Positions 19,710 through 28,233 of a stretch of 52,483 nucleotides of DNA are shown piece after piece. Origin of the DNA: Acidobacteriota bacterium. Its GTDB lineage: Bacteria > Acidobacteriota > Terriglobia > Terriglobales > Acidobacteriaceae. Position 1 is the stretch's first letter. The number at the start of each line of letters is the position of its first letter. The stretch covers positions 1 through 52,483 of the forward strand of contig JAKBAG010000001.1 in assembly GCA_021809235.1 (NCBI GenBank), given 5' to 3'. The translations under genes and the position numbers were made by a program. The notes under the pieces are model-generated. The model was not told the DNA's origin, made no database searches, and saw only the letters and a program-made list of their open reading frames with translations.

Positions 19710-19814
19710 GCAGGCTCCTGAATGCCCAGGAACGGGCATGGAAGCACCGTATCACAAAAGGAAAGAATTCCCTGCAGAGGCCGCATGCGCGACCGGCGGC
19801 ATACAATCAGACCC

Positions 19815-20801
19815 ATGGGGTTTCCTGGAATACGAATGCGAAGGATGCGTCGCACGGAAGCGCTGCGGCAACTGGTACGCGAGACACGTCTGGAGCCAGG
19901 GCAACTGGTGCTGCCGATTTTTGTCTGTCCGGGCGAGGGAGTGCGCAAGCCGATCAGCTCCATGCCCGGTGTTGCCAACCTGAGCGTGGACGAGGCGGTA
20001 AAGGAAGCCGAAGTAGCTGCCGAGCTTGGCCTGGGCGGACTGCTGCTCTTTGGCCTGCCAGAGACGAAGGATGAGCATGCCACCGGCGCATGGGACCCGG
20101 CAGGAATCGTGCAGACGGCACTGCGTGCGCTGCGCCAGACGGCTGCGGCAAAGTCGCTTGTGCTGATCGCGGATGTTTGCCTGTGCGAGTACACCAGCCA
20201 TGGCCACTGCGGCGTGGTCCGGAAGCAGGGAGATGCCTTTTCCGTGGCCAATGATCCCAGCCTGGAGTTGCTGGCACGGACAGCGGTAAGCCTGGCGCAG
20301 GCGGGAGCTGATATTGTGGCGCCCAGCGACATGATGGACGGTCGCGTGGCGGCTATCCGACAGGCGCTGGATGCTGCTGCATTGGACGAGACGCCCATCC
20401 TCAGCTATGCGGCGAAGTTTGCCTCCGCCTTTTATGGTCCGTTTCGCGAAGCGGCAGACTCGGCACCTCAGTTTGGGGACCGGCGCAGCTACCAGATGGA
20501 CCCTGCCAACGGGCGCGAGGCCATGCGTGAGATTGCACTGGACCTGGACGAAGGCGCCGAGATGATTCTGATGAAACCGGGAATGCCCTATCTGGATGTG
20601 CTGCATGCGGCGCGTGAGCGCTTCGATGTGCCGATGGGCGTGTATCAGGTTTCCGGGGAATACTCGATGCTGCAGGCAGCCTTTGCCCGCGGGTGGCTGG
20701 AGCAGGAACGAACCATACTGGAAAGCCTGACCGGAATGCGGCGCGCCGGTGCGGACTTTCTCGTGACCTATTTTGCCAAGGATGCGGCCCGGCTGCTGTA
20801 G
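19815..20801 (+). CDS. hemB: Porphobilinogen synthase (Zn-dependent type)
   Basis: RMRRMR start, [54 protein letters not shown]. Confidence 0.97.
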   Translation: MGFPGIRMRRMRRTEALRQLVRETRLEPGQLVLPIFVCPGEGVRKPISSMPGVANLSVDEAVKEAEVAAELGLGGLLLFGLPETKDEHATGAWDPAGIVQTALRALRQTAAAKSLVLIADVCLCEYTSHGHCGVVRKQGDAFSVANDPSLELLARTAVSLAQAGADIVAPSDMMDGRVAAIRQALDAAALDETPILSYAAKFASAFYGPFREAADSAPQFGDRRSYQMDPANGREAMREIALDLDEGAEMILMKPGMPYLDVLHAARERFDVPMGVYQVSGEYSMLQAAFARGWLEQERTILESLTGMRRAGADFLVTYFAKDAARLL

Positions 20802-20869
20802 CCGCGGGATCGTGTCTCGGCTGGTTGTCTCAAGGTCGTTCTGGCGCGAGTCCGGTTTGCCTGGGTCCG

Positions 20870-21502
20870 TTACTTTGCATTCGCCTGGCCTGAACCCGAC
20901 ACTGGCCTGCCCGGCAGTCGGGCCAGTGTGGACAGCAGGTTGGAAACCAGCGCCAGCGGCAGACCCACCACATTGAAGTAGCAGCCGTGAATACGGGGAA
21001 TCCAACAGGCGGCACGGCCCTGTATGGCGTAGGCACCGGCTTTGTCCATTGGCTCTCCGGTTGCAATGTAGGCGGCAATCTCCTCGTCTGACAGGGAGTG
21101 GAACTGAACCGCAGTCACTTCGGCAGCGGTGAGGATCTGGGCCGATGAGACGACGGAGACCCCGGTGATGACCTGATGGGTGCGACCGGAAAGCAGGCGC
21201 AGCATACGGGCAGCGTCGGCAGTCGATTCCGGCTTGCCCAGGATCTGACCTTCGATGACGACGGTGGTATCCGCACCGAGGACAACCGCGGAGGCATTGG
21301 CAGGCCGGGAGCGGACAGCCTCGGCCTTGCCACGGGCCAGTCGCGTGACGTAGGCGATGGGATCTTCGCCTGGAAGCGGGTCTTCGGGAATGTCTGCGGC
21401 CTCGATGCGAAACGCATAGCCGACCTGTGCCAGCAGCTCACGGCGGCGAGGACTGGCAGAGGCAAGCACAAGCGGAACGGAAGCCATGGAGTCGATGGTC
21501 AT
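20870..21502 (-). CDS. maf: Maf family nucleoside-triphosphate pyrophosphatase
   Basis: LASASPRRRELL, GADTTV..ILGKP, DKAGAYAIQG, NVVGLP; alternative start 21487. Confidence 0.93.
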   Translation of the reverse strand: MTIDSMASVPLVLASASPRRRELLAQVGYAFRIEAADIPEDPLPGEDPIAYVTRLARGKAEAVRSRPANASAVVLGADTTVVIEGQILGKPESTADAARMLRLLSGRTHQVITGVSVVSSAQILTAAEVTAVQFHSLSDEEIAAYIATGEPMDKAGAYAIQGRAACWIPRIHGCYFNVVGLPLALVSNLLSTLARLPGRPVSGSGQANAK

Positions 21503-21591
21503 ACCAGACCAGAATACCTGCCGGGCTGGGAGTTCATCCCACGCACCCGGCGGGATTGGCTGGCTGGGATGCACCGTAAAATGGGGTTGGT

Positions 21592-22950
21592 ATGTCCGGA
21601 ATGAATTATGCAGAGGCCGTGCACAGTCTGAATGGGCTGGTGCCAGAGCTGTTGACACTGCCCGGGGGCGAGCGGCGGAAGTTCACGCTCGCCGAGATCG
21701 GGCTGCTGTGTGGTGCGCTTGGCGATCCACAGCGGCAATTTCCATCGGTGCTGATTGCCGGAACTAACGGCAAAGGCTCGACGGCGGCTACGCTGGCATC
21801 CATTGCGCAGGCAGCCGGAGTCCGCGTGGGGCTGTATACGTCGCCTCATCTGGAGCGGGTGAACGAACGGGTACGCCTGAGCCGGGATGGTCGGCTGGCG
21901 GAGATCGACGACGAGGCCTTTGCCCGGCACTGCAGCACCGTCTTGGGCACGGCGCAGCAGTTGGTGCAGGACGGCGCGCTCCGCGGGATGCCCAGCTACT
22001 TTGAACTGATGACGGCGCTGACTTTCTGTGCATTTGCAGAAGCTGGGGTGGAGCTGGCAGTGCTGGAGGTGGGGATGGGCGGACGGCTGGATGCCACGAA
22101 CATCGTTGATCCCTGTCTCAGCGTGATCACCGACATTGACCTCGACCATCAGGAGTGGCTGGGCGAGACGATTGGCGCGATTGCACGCGAGAAGGCAGGC
22201 ATCCTGCGTGAGCAGGGCGTGATGGTGACGCTGCCCCAGCATCCGGAGGCAAATACGGCGCTGGGCGAGGTGGCCGTGAAGCTGGGCGTTCGGGGCGTGA
22301 ATGCGGCCGTATACATGCCGGCACGCGGCACGGACGACTCCAGCGGCTATGCCCTGGAGGTGATGGGCAGGCAGGTGCAGGTGGAGTCTCCGCTGCACGG
22401 AGCGCACCAGCAGCGCAACGTGGCACTGGCAATTGCTGCCGCTGTGGAACTGGCCACCGGGAAGGGATTTGCCATCCCGCCCGAGGCGATTGAGGCCGGG
22501 ATCCGGCAGACGGAATGGCCGGGAAGGCTGGAGCGGTTTGCACCTGCCGGCTGGCCGAAAGTGATCCTGGACGTGGCTCATAATCCGGCCGGTGCCTGGG
22601 CGCTGCGGGCGGCTGTAAGCGGACTGGACAGCCGCGAGCCGGCTTCGCCACAGGTTCTGGTCTTTGGCTGCCTGCGCGACAAGCCCGTCACCGAGCTGGC
22701 CAAGATTCTGTTTCCGCTCTTTGATCGGGTGGTGCTGGTCGCGGTCCATTCGCCGCGCGCTGCCAGCCTGGAAGCACTGCAGGCCGCAGCGGAAGCTACC
22801 GGGGCCATGACCGACAGCGCTGAAAGCCTGCCGCAGGCGCTGGCCGTGGCGCGGGCGGCGGCCGGAAGCCAGGGGCGAATCGTGGTCAGCGGCTCGGTCT
22901 ATCTGGTGGGAGAAGCGCGACACTGGTTGAAAACGGAAGCCGTCGCATGA
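21592..22950 (+). CDS. folC: Bifunctional folylpolyglutamate synthase/dihydrofolate synthase
   Basis: IAGTNGKGST, YTSPHL..VNER, LEVGMGGRLDATN, EKAGI, WPGRLE, LDVAHNP, GSVYLVGE. Confidence 0.96.
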   Translation: MSGMNYAEAVHSLNGLVPELLTLPGGERRKFTLAEIGLLCGALGDPQRQFPSVLIAGTNGKGSTAATLASIAQAAGVRVGLYTSPHLERVNERVRLSRDGRLAEIDDEAFARHCSTVLGTAQQLVQDGALRGMPSYFELMTALTFCAFAEAGVELAVLEVGMGGRLDATNIVDPCLSVITDIDLDHQEWLGETIGAIAREKAGILREQGVMVTLPQHPEANTALGEVAVKLGVRGVNAAVYMPARGTDDSSGYALEVMGRQVQVESPLHGAHQQRNVALAIAAAVELATGKGFAIPPEAIEAGIRQTEWPGRLERFAPAGWPKVILDVAHNPAGAWALRAAVSGLDSREPASPQVLVFGCLRDKPVTELAKILFPLFDRVVLVAVHSPRAASLEALQAAAEATGAMTDSAESLPQALAVARAAAGSQGRIVVSGSVYLVGEARHWLKTEAVA

Positions 22951-23696
22951 ACGGAAAGCGTCCACAGCAGTTGCCGATCACGCGGCGCATGAGCAGTAAC
23001 CTGCTGCAGGCTCCGCTGTTTGGCGTGGCCACGGCTTCTTTTGGCTCCCTGGCACTGGTAGCCTCGCTTTGGGATCGCTCTGGCAGGCTGCAGCATCGGA
23101 TTGCACAGACCTGGGCAGGAGTCTCCCTTGCCGCATCCCTGTCTCCGCTGACGGTTGTGGGTCGCGAGCACCTGGCAGTGCCGGGACCGGTGGTCTATGC
23201 CTGCAATCACACCTCGTACATGGATACGCCAGTATTGTTTTCCACGATTCCCGGGCAGTTCCGGATTCTGGCCAAGAAGGAGCTATGGAAGCTGCCTTTC
23301 ATCGGCTGGTATCTGAATCGCTCCGGGCAGATCCCGGTGGATACGGAGAGCCCCCGAGCCGCGCTGTCATCGCTGAGCGGCGGCGTTCGAGCGCTGCGCG
23401 CAGGCATGTCGGTCTTTGTCTTTCCGGAGGGCGGAAGAACACCGGATGGAAGGCTGCAGAAGTTTGAAAACGGAGCCGCCTACCTGGCCATTCGTGCGCA
23501 GGTTCCGGTGATTCCGATTGCGCTGAGCGGGGTCTATGACCTGCTGCCCATGCACACGCGGCACTTCTGGCCGCGACCGTTGCGCATGGAAGTGGGGGCT
23601 CCGCTCGAAACCGCCGGACTGAGCGTGCGCGACGTGGACACACTGACGGAACAGATGCGCGCAACGATTGCCGCCATGCTCGGCGATAACGATTGA
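22947..23696 (+). CDS. plsC: 1-acyl-sn-glycerol-3-phosphate acyltransferase
   Basis: NHTSYMD (HxxxxD), FPEGGRT; ATGA overlap with the folC stop. Confidence 0.9.
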   Translation: MNGKRPQQLPITRRMSSNLLQAPLFGVATASFGSLALVASLWDRSGRLQHRIAQTWAGVSLAASLSPLTVVGREHLAVPGPVVYACNHTSYMDTPVLFSTIPGQFRILAKKELWKLPFIGWYLNRSGQIPVDTESPRAALSSLSGGVRALRAGMSVFVFPEGGRTPDGRLQKFENGAAYLAIRAQVPVIPIALSGVYDLLPMHTRHFWPRPLRMEVGAPLETAGLSVRDVDTLTEQMRATIAAMLGDND

Positions 23697-23820
23697 GAGC
23701 CAGTCAGGGACTGGAGCGCGCATCCTAAGCGAAATCCCGGGACGAGCCGGATCAGACCCATTGCCGAAGCGGGGGCTGAAGCATGAGGACGAAGCCACAG
23801 AGACATCGATGCGATAAGCC

Positions 23821-25554
23821 CTAATATCCTGCCGCTTTGCCGTAGTTGTGGCGATGATCCTGCCCGCCCAGTCGCTCGCCGGTTTTGGGGTCGATGGCAA
23901 TGCACTCGCCATCGGACCATGTGCGCCCGGAGATGCTCAGTGTGTAGCCCATCGCTGTGAGCGCCGCTTGTGTGGACTGCGGAAAGCCCGGCTCCAGGTA
24001 GAGCTTGTCCGGCAGGTACTGATGATGGAAGCGCGGCGCGTCCACGGCCTGCTGAATGTTGAGCCCTCCTTCGGCTGCGGACAGAAAGATGTTGGCAACG
24101 GTGGTGATGATGCGTCCCCCGCCGGGCGAGCCAAGCACATAGCGCAGATGGTTGCCTTCCAGCACAATTGTGGGCGTCATGGAGGAAAGCGGCCGTTTGC
24201 GCGGGGCGATAGCGTTGGCCGGCCCCTGAATCAACCCGAACATGTTGGGCACGCCCATCTTCGAGGCAAAGTCGTCCATCTCGTCGTTGAGCAGAAAGCC
24301 CAGCGTGCCGACCGTGACATCGGATCCCCAGGCATTGTTCAGCGTCGTCGTCACCGAGACAGCATTGCCGTCTTCGTCCACCACTGAGTAATGCGTCGTA
24401 TCGGGCGACTCCGTGCGTTGGCCCGCAGTGGCGGGTGGCGGCGGCAGAAAACCCGCCGGACGCTTCAGCTCCGCCGAGGGCGTGGCGCGATCGGTGATGC
24501 TGGCGCGCCAGGCTGCGTCATAGGCGGGCGACGTCAGCGCAGCCACGGGAATCTGGTTGTAGTCCGGGTCGCCCAGGTAGTCGCTGCGGTCCATGTACGC
24601 GCGGCGATAGGCCTCGGTGATCCGCTGAATCCACTCTGGCGACCGATCTCCCAACGTCTGCAGCCGATAGCCGTCGAGGATGTTCAGCGCGCTGAGCAGG
24701 ACCACGCCGCCGGAGCTGGGCGGGGGTGCACTCAGGATCGTGTACTGGTGATAGTGGCCAACCAGCGGCTTGCGCTCCACCACCTGATAGCGTGCCAGGT
24801 CCTCACGCGTGAGCAGTCCGCCGCCCTTCTGCACGGCTTCGGCAATCTGCGCGGCCAGCTTGCCGTGATAGAAATCTGCGGGGTCGGCTGCGATGCGCCG
24901 CAGCGTGGCTGCCAGCTCCGGCTGGCGAAATCTCTCGCCTGCCTTGTAGTCATTGCCGTCGCGCTGGAAGATGTGTTTCGTTTCCGGGAAGCGCGCCAAA
25001 TCGGAGTCCTGCATGGCTGCGGCTTCCTGTGCGGAAAGGACAAAGCCCTCACTGGCCAGCCGAATTGCCGGAGCCATCACGCGTGCCAGACCGAGCCGCC
25101 CATACTTCCGCTCGGCATAGGTGAGGCCAGCCACCGAGCCCGGCGTGGCTATCGCGCGATAGCCGACAATGCTGCCCTGCGGGTCGTCCGGGGCGCGTAC
25201 ATTTCCCTTCGTGTCCAGATACATGTTGGCCGAAGCGGCCAGCGGCGCCTGCTCCCGATAATCGAGGAAAATTGCATGTCCGTCGTGGGTACGCAGGAGC
25301 ATGAATCCGCCGCCGCCAAGGTTGCCAGCGATGGGGTGCACCACAGCCAGCGCAAAGCCGGTGGCCACGGCAGCATCGACGGCATTGCCACCGGCTTTCA
25401 GCATCGCGAGACCGGCATCCGAGGCCAGATGATGCACGCTGACCACCATGCCGTTCCGGGCGCGCACCGGCTGCTCCTGCTGATAGTTGGCGACCTGGGC
25501 CGCGGCGGGCAGGATCAGGGCTGCAAGGACCAGGAAGGCAGGAAATCGGGACAT
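23821..25554 (-). CDS. ggt: Gamma-glutamyltransferase (exported)
   Basis: Signal peptide; GGNAVDAAVA, TTHYSVVD autocleavage Thr, LNDEMDDF, RPLSSMTP, GSPGGGRI. Confidence 0.95.
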   Translation of the reverse strand: MSRFPAFLVLAALILPAAAQVANYQQEQPVRARNGMVVSVHHLASDAGLAMLKAGGNAVDAAVATGFALAVVHPIAGNLGGGGFMLLRTHDGHAIFLDYREQAPLAASANMYLDTKGNVRAPDDPQGSIVGYRAIATPGSVAGLTYAERKYGRLGLARVMAPAIRLASEGFVLSAQEAAAMQDSDLARFPETKHIFQRDGNDYKAGERFRQPELAATLRRIAADPADFYHGKLAAQIAEAVQKGGGLLTREDLARYQVVERKPLVGHYHQYTILSAPPPSSGGVVLLSALNILDGYRLQTLGDRSPEWIQRITEAYRRAYMDRSDYLGDPDYNQIPVAALTSPAYDAAWRASITDRATPSAELKRPAGFLPPPPATAGQRTESPDTTHYSVVDEDGNAVSVTTTLNNAWGSDVTVGTLGFLLNDEMDDFASKMGVPNMFGLIQGPANAIAPRKRPLSSMTPTIVLEGNHLRYVLGSPGGGRIITTVANIFLSAAEGGLNIQQAVDAPRFHHQYLPDKLYLEPGFPQSTQAALTAMGYTLSISGRTWSDGECIAIDPKTGERLGGQDHRHNYGKAAGY

Positions 25555-25591
25555 GGGCATCACCTCGACGGGTATGGATTGGAAAAGTCTC

Positions 25592-27160
25592 TTACCACTG
25601 CGCCTCAAAGACACGGAAGCGACGCTCCAGTTCCCACTGCTGCGCAGCACGCGGATTGGCATCCAGATAGCTGCGGCACGGTGGAGTTGGCTTGTCCGCA
25701 CCGAGCGGCTGGCGGGCGCAGGCAGAGACCGTGGCGGAGAAGCGGTCGGCTTGGAGCCAGAGCGAGTTACCGGGCAGAAAGTCATGTTCGAGGCTGGTGC
25801 GTGCCATCTGTTTCAGCTGGAGATAGCCGAGGTTGAACTCGTCGGCTGCACGGAGATACTCATGCGTCAGGTCAATGCGACTCACGCCTTCGTCATCGGT
25901 GGACAGGGCGACCGGAACACCGGCATGCAGATATTGCGGCAGCGGATGGTTGCGTCCGCGGATGCCGAGAATGACATCGTTGGATGTCAGGTTGATCTCC
26001 ACCATGATGTGGTGCGCTGCCATCTCTTTCAGCAGCGCCTGCGCGTTGTCTTCGTTCATCACGTCTACCCCGTGGCCGATACGCTCGGCGTGACCAAGCT
26101 GAATGGCCTGGCGAATATGGAAGCGGAGACCATCCGGAGGAACAAGACCGGGTGCAAGTTCACCAGCATGCAGCGAGATGTGGACGCGCGGATACAGGCG
26201 GTGGAGGTAGTCAAGCATCTGCATCTGGCGCGTGTAATCACGCATGGAATAGAAGGCATCCTCCGGCTGCACGAAGTTGATGCCCACAAACTCCGGGACG
26301 CGCGAGATTGTTTCAAAACCAAGCAGTGTCTGGGCAAAGACCTGCTCGGGAGGAAAGTCCCGCAGGATCTGGTAGAGGAAGCGGACCGTGACCGTGCATC
26401 CGGGCTGTGCGCGGTCCGTATGGCAGTGCTCGATCTGGTCGCGACGGTGCAGCGCATCCTCCACGGCAGCACGCGCCGGCTCCACCTCCTGGAAGAGTCC
26501 GCCATCGATCAGCCGCTGGCGCAGCGCCGGCAAATCGGCGTCCCAGCCGATTTTCGCTGCCAGTTGTGCGGCATGGGAGAAGCCAGGCGTATCCATCAGC
26601 TCCAGATATTGCTCGTTCTGGACTGCAGCGCGTGAAGCCACCTCGTCGATCCACTCGCCGGTGTGGGATTTGCGGGTGCCGCTGAAGCGGCTGAAGGTGG
26701 CAAAGAACTGGTCATGCCCGCTCCAACCGGCGGAGGGCACAAAGCTGCGCATGGAAAAGGAGTCGATCAGCTTGTCATAGAGGCTCTGGCTGGCGGGCTG
26801 CTGCATCGTGGCCAGCATCTGCGCGGCTGCCAACTGCCCTGCGGCACAGTGGCCGTCTGGTTTCGGCGCGGCGAAGCGGAGTTCCCCGGTATCGATACAG
26901 AGTCCATCCTGGCCAGCAGCACGCAGCCAGCTCTCGGCATAGACGGCGCCGCTGAGGTGAACGTGCAGATCGGCTCCCTTGGGCATCCCGCCTAGAAATG
27001 CCTGCAACGCCGGCGGACCCTGTTTGCGGGCCGCATCCATGGCGCGCGCGGTGCGCAGGGTGTGCCAGTCGGCAGAAACCCCGGTGGGTGCGGCTTGCGC
27101 AGCCAATCCGGCGGCGAGCACCATGGCAAGCGAAAACGAAAAAAGACGACGCAGAAGCAT
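25592..27160 (-). CDS. Adenosine deaminase family protein with signal peptide
   Basis: MPKGADLHVHLSG, HAGE, RIGHG, STDD motifs; N-terminal MLLRRLFSFSLAMVLAAGLAAQA. Confidence 0.88.
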   Translation of the reverse strand: MLLRRLFSFSLAMVLAAGLAAQAAPTGVSADWHTLRTARAMDAARKQGPPALQAFLGGMPKGADLHVHLSGAVYAESWLRAAGQDGLCIDTGELRFAAPKPDGHCAAGQLAAAQMLATMQQPASQSLYDKLIDSFSMRSFVPSAGWSGHDQFFATFSRFSGTRKSHTGEWIDEVASRAAVQNEQYLELMDTPGFSHAAQLAAKIGWDADLPALRQRLIDGGLFQEVEPARAAVEDALHRRDQIEHCHTDRAQPGCTVTVRFLYQILRDFPPEQVFAQTLLGFETISRVPEFVGINFVQPEDAFYSMRDYTRQMQMLDYLHRLYPRVHISLHAGELAPGLVPPDGLRFHIRQAIQLGHAERIGHGVDVMNEDNAQALLKEMAAHHIMVEINLTSNDVILGIRGRNHPLPQYLHAGVPVALSTDDEGVSRIDLTHEYLRAADEFNLGYLQLKQMARTSLEHDFLPGNSLWLQADRFSATVSACARQPLGADKPTPPCRSYLDANPRAAQQWELERRFRVFEAQW

Positions 27161-27242
27161 GCAGGAAACCTCAAGGGAACGGAGTAGCCCCAGTGTATAC
27201 GCCGGTGGAATGCCCGCGACAAGACTGACACATGGTCCAGCT

Positions 27243-27270
27243 TTGCCCGGGTGGGTGCTCTTGCTATACT
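27243..27270 (+). promoter_or_regulatory. Sigma70 promoter for tRNA-Phe
   Basis: TTGCCC-N16-TATACT with extended TG. Confidence 0.55.
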
Positions 27271-27348
27271 AAGAGTGGTTGTCAGACGAGTGCCGAATTC
27301 CCACCCGGGATGATCGAGCGCCAACCAAGCAACCGTTGCATGCACTGA

Positions 27349-27423
27349 GGCCAGATAGCTCAGTGGTAGAGCGCGGCCCTGAAAAGGCCGGCGTCGGCGG
27401 TTCGATCCCGTCTCTGGCCACCA
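27349..27423 (+). tRNA. tRNA-Phe (GAA)
   Basis: GGCCAGA acceptor stem, anticodon arm CGGCC-CTGAAAA-GGCCG, GTTCGATCC T-loop, encoded CCA. Confidence 0.97.
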
Positions 27424-27484
27424 CTGCTGCAGTTGATTCTTTCCCAGAACAAAGTCAGCGTATCCACTGCGTCCCCATCCCGGA

Positions 27485-28174
27485 TCACAGTTCTCCTGAC
27501 TCTGGCACCTTCATCTCTGGCCTGCCAACCTTGCCGCTGGAGGATTCCGGAGCGATGCCTTTGTCCACGATCTGAATCGCTGCCCTGCTGCCGCGCTTTG
27601 CTGCCGTCGGCTGCAACTGCAGAAAGAGCCAGGCGCGCGCATGCAGCCATTCGCGATCGACCGTACGCGAAGAGACACCCAGCGTTTCCGCTGTTTCCTC
27701 CATTGTCAGCCCGCCGAAGAATCGCATCTCCACGATCTGCGCCTGCCGCGCGTCCATCTCCTCCAGCTTATGCAGCACCTCATCGAGAGCCAGCAGGCCA
27801 TCGTCGGAGTGAAGCTGTATCTGCTGCGTCTCGCTGATGCCAAGCACAATAGCACCCCCTCCGCGCTTGGCGCTCAGTCTGGCCCGGGCATGATCGATGA
27901 GGATGCGCCGCATGAGGCGCGCAGCCATGGCCAGAAAGTGCGCACGCGTACTCCAGTTGGGTTGGCAATGCCCGGCCAGCCGAAGGTAGGCTTCATGCAC
28001 CAGCGCCGTGGGCTGCAGGGTGTGGTCCGGGCGCTCATGCTGCATGAAGTGCATGGCCATGCGATGGAGATCCTGATAGACGAGCGGCATCAGTCGCTCA
28101 AAGACGGAGTGGTCCCCGGCTGCAAGCCGTTGCAAAATGGCATCGACTTCGGATTGTGGCGTGGGATGGTCCAT
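27485..28174 (-). CDS. ECF sigma-70 factor, kinase-associated type (TIGR02999-like)
   Basis: LMPLVYQDLHRMA, ERPDHTLQPTALVHEAYLRL, MRRILIDHAR..KRGGG, VEMRFFGGLT.EE.A..LGVS.RTVDREW. Confidence 0.92.
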   Translation of the reverse strand: MDHPTPQSEVDAILQRLAAGDHSVFERLMPLVYQDLHRMAMHFMQHERPDHTLQPTALVHEAYLRLAGHCQPNWSTRAHFLAMAARLMRRILIDHARARLSAKRGGGAIVLGISETQQIQLHSDDGLLALDEVLHKLEEMDARQAQIVEMRFFGGLTMEETAETLGVSSRTVDREWLHARAWLFLQLQPTAAKRGSRAAIQIVDKGIAPESSSGKVGRPEMKVPESGEL

Positions 28175-28233
28175 GGAAACGGAATGTGGCAAGCGTATGC
28201 ATCGATGCCGCATGTGCAGCCGGGCTGCAGCGG

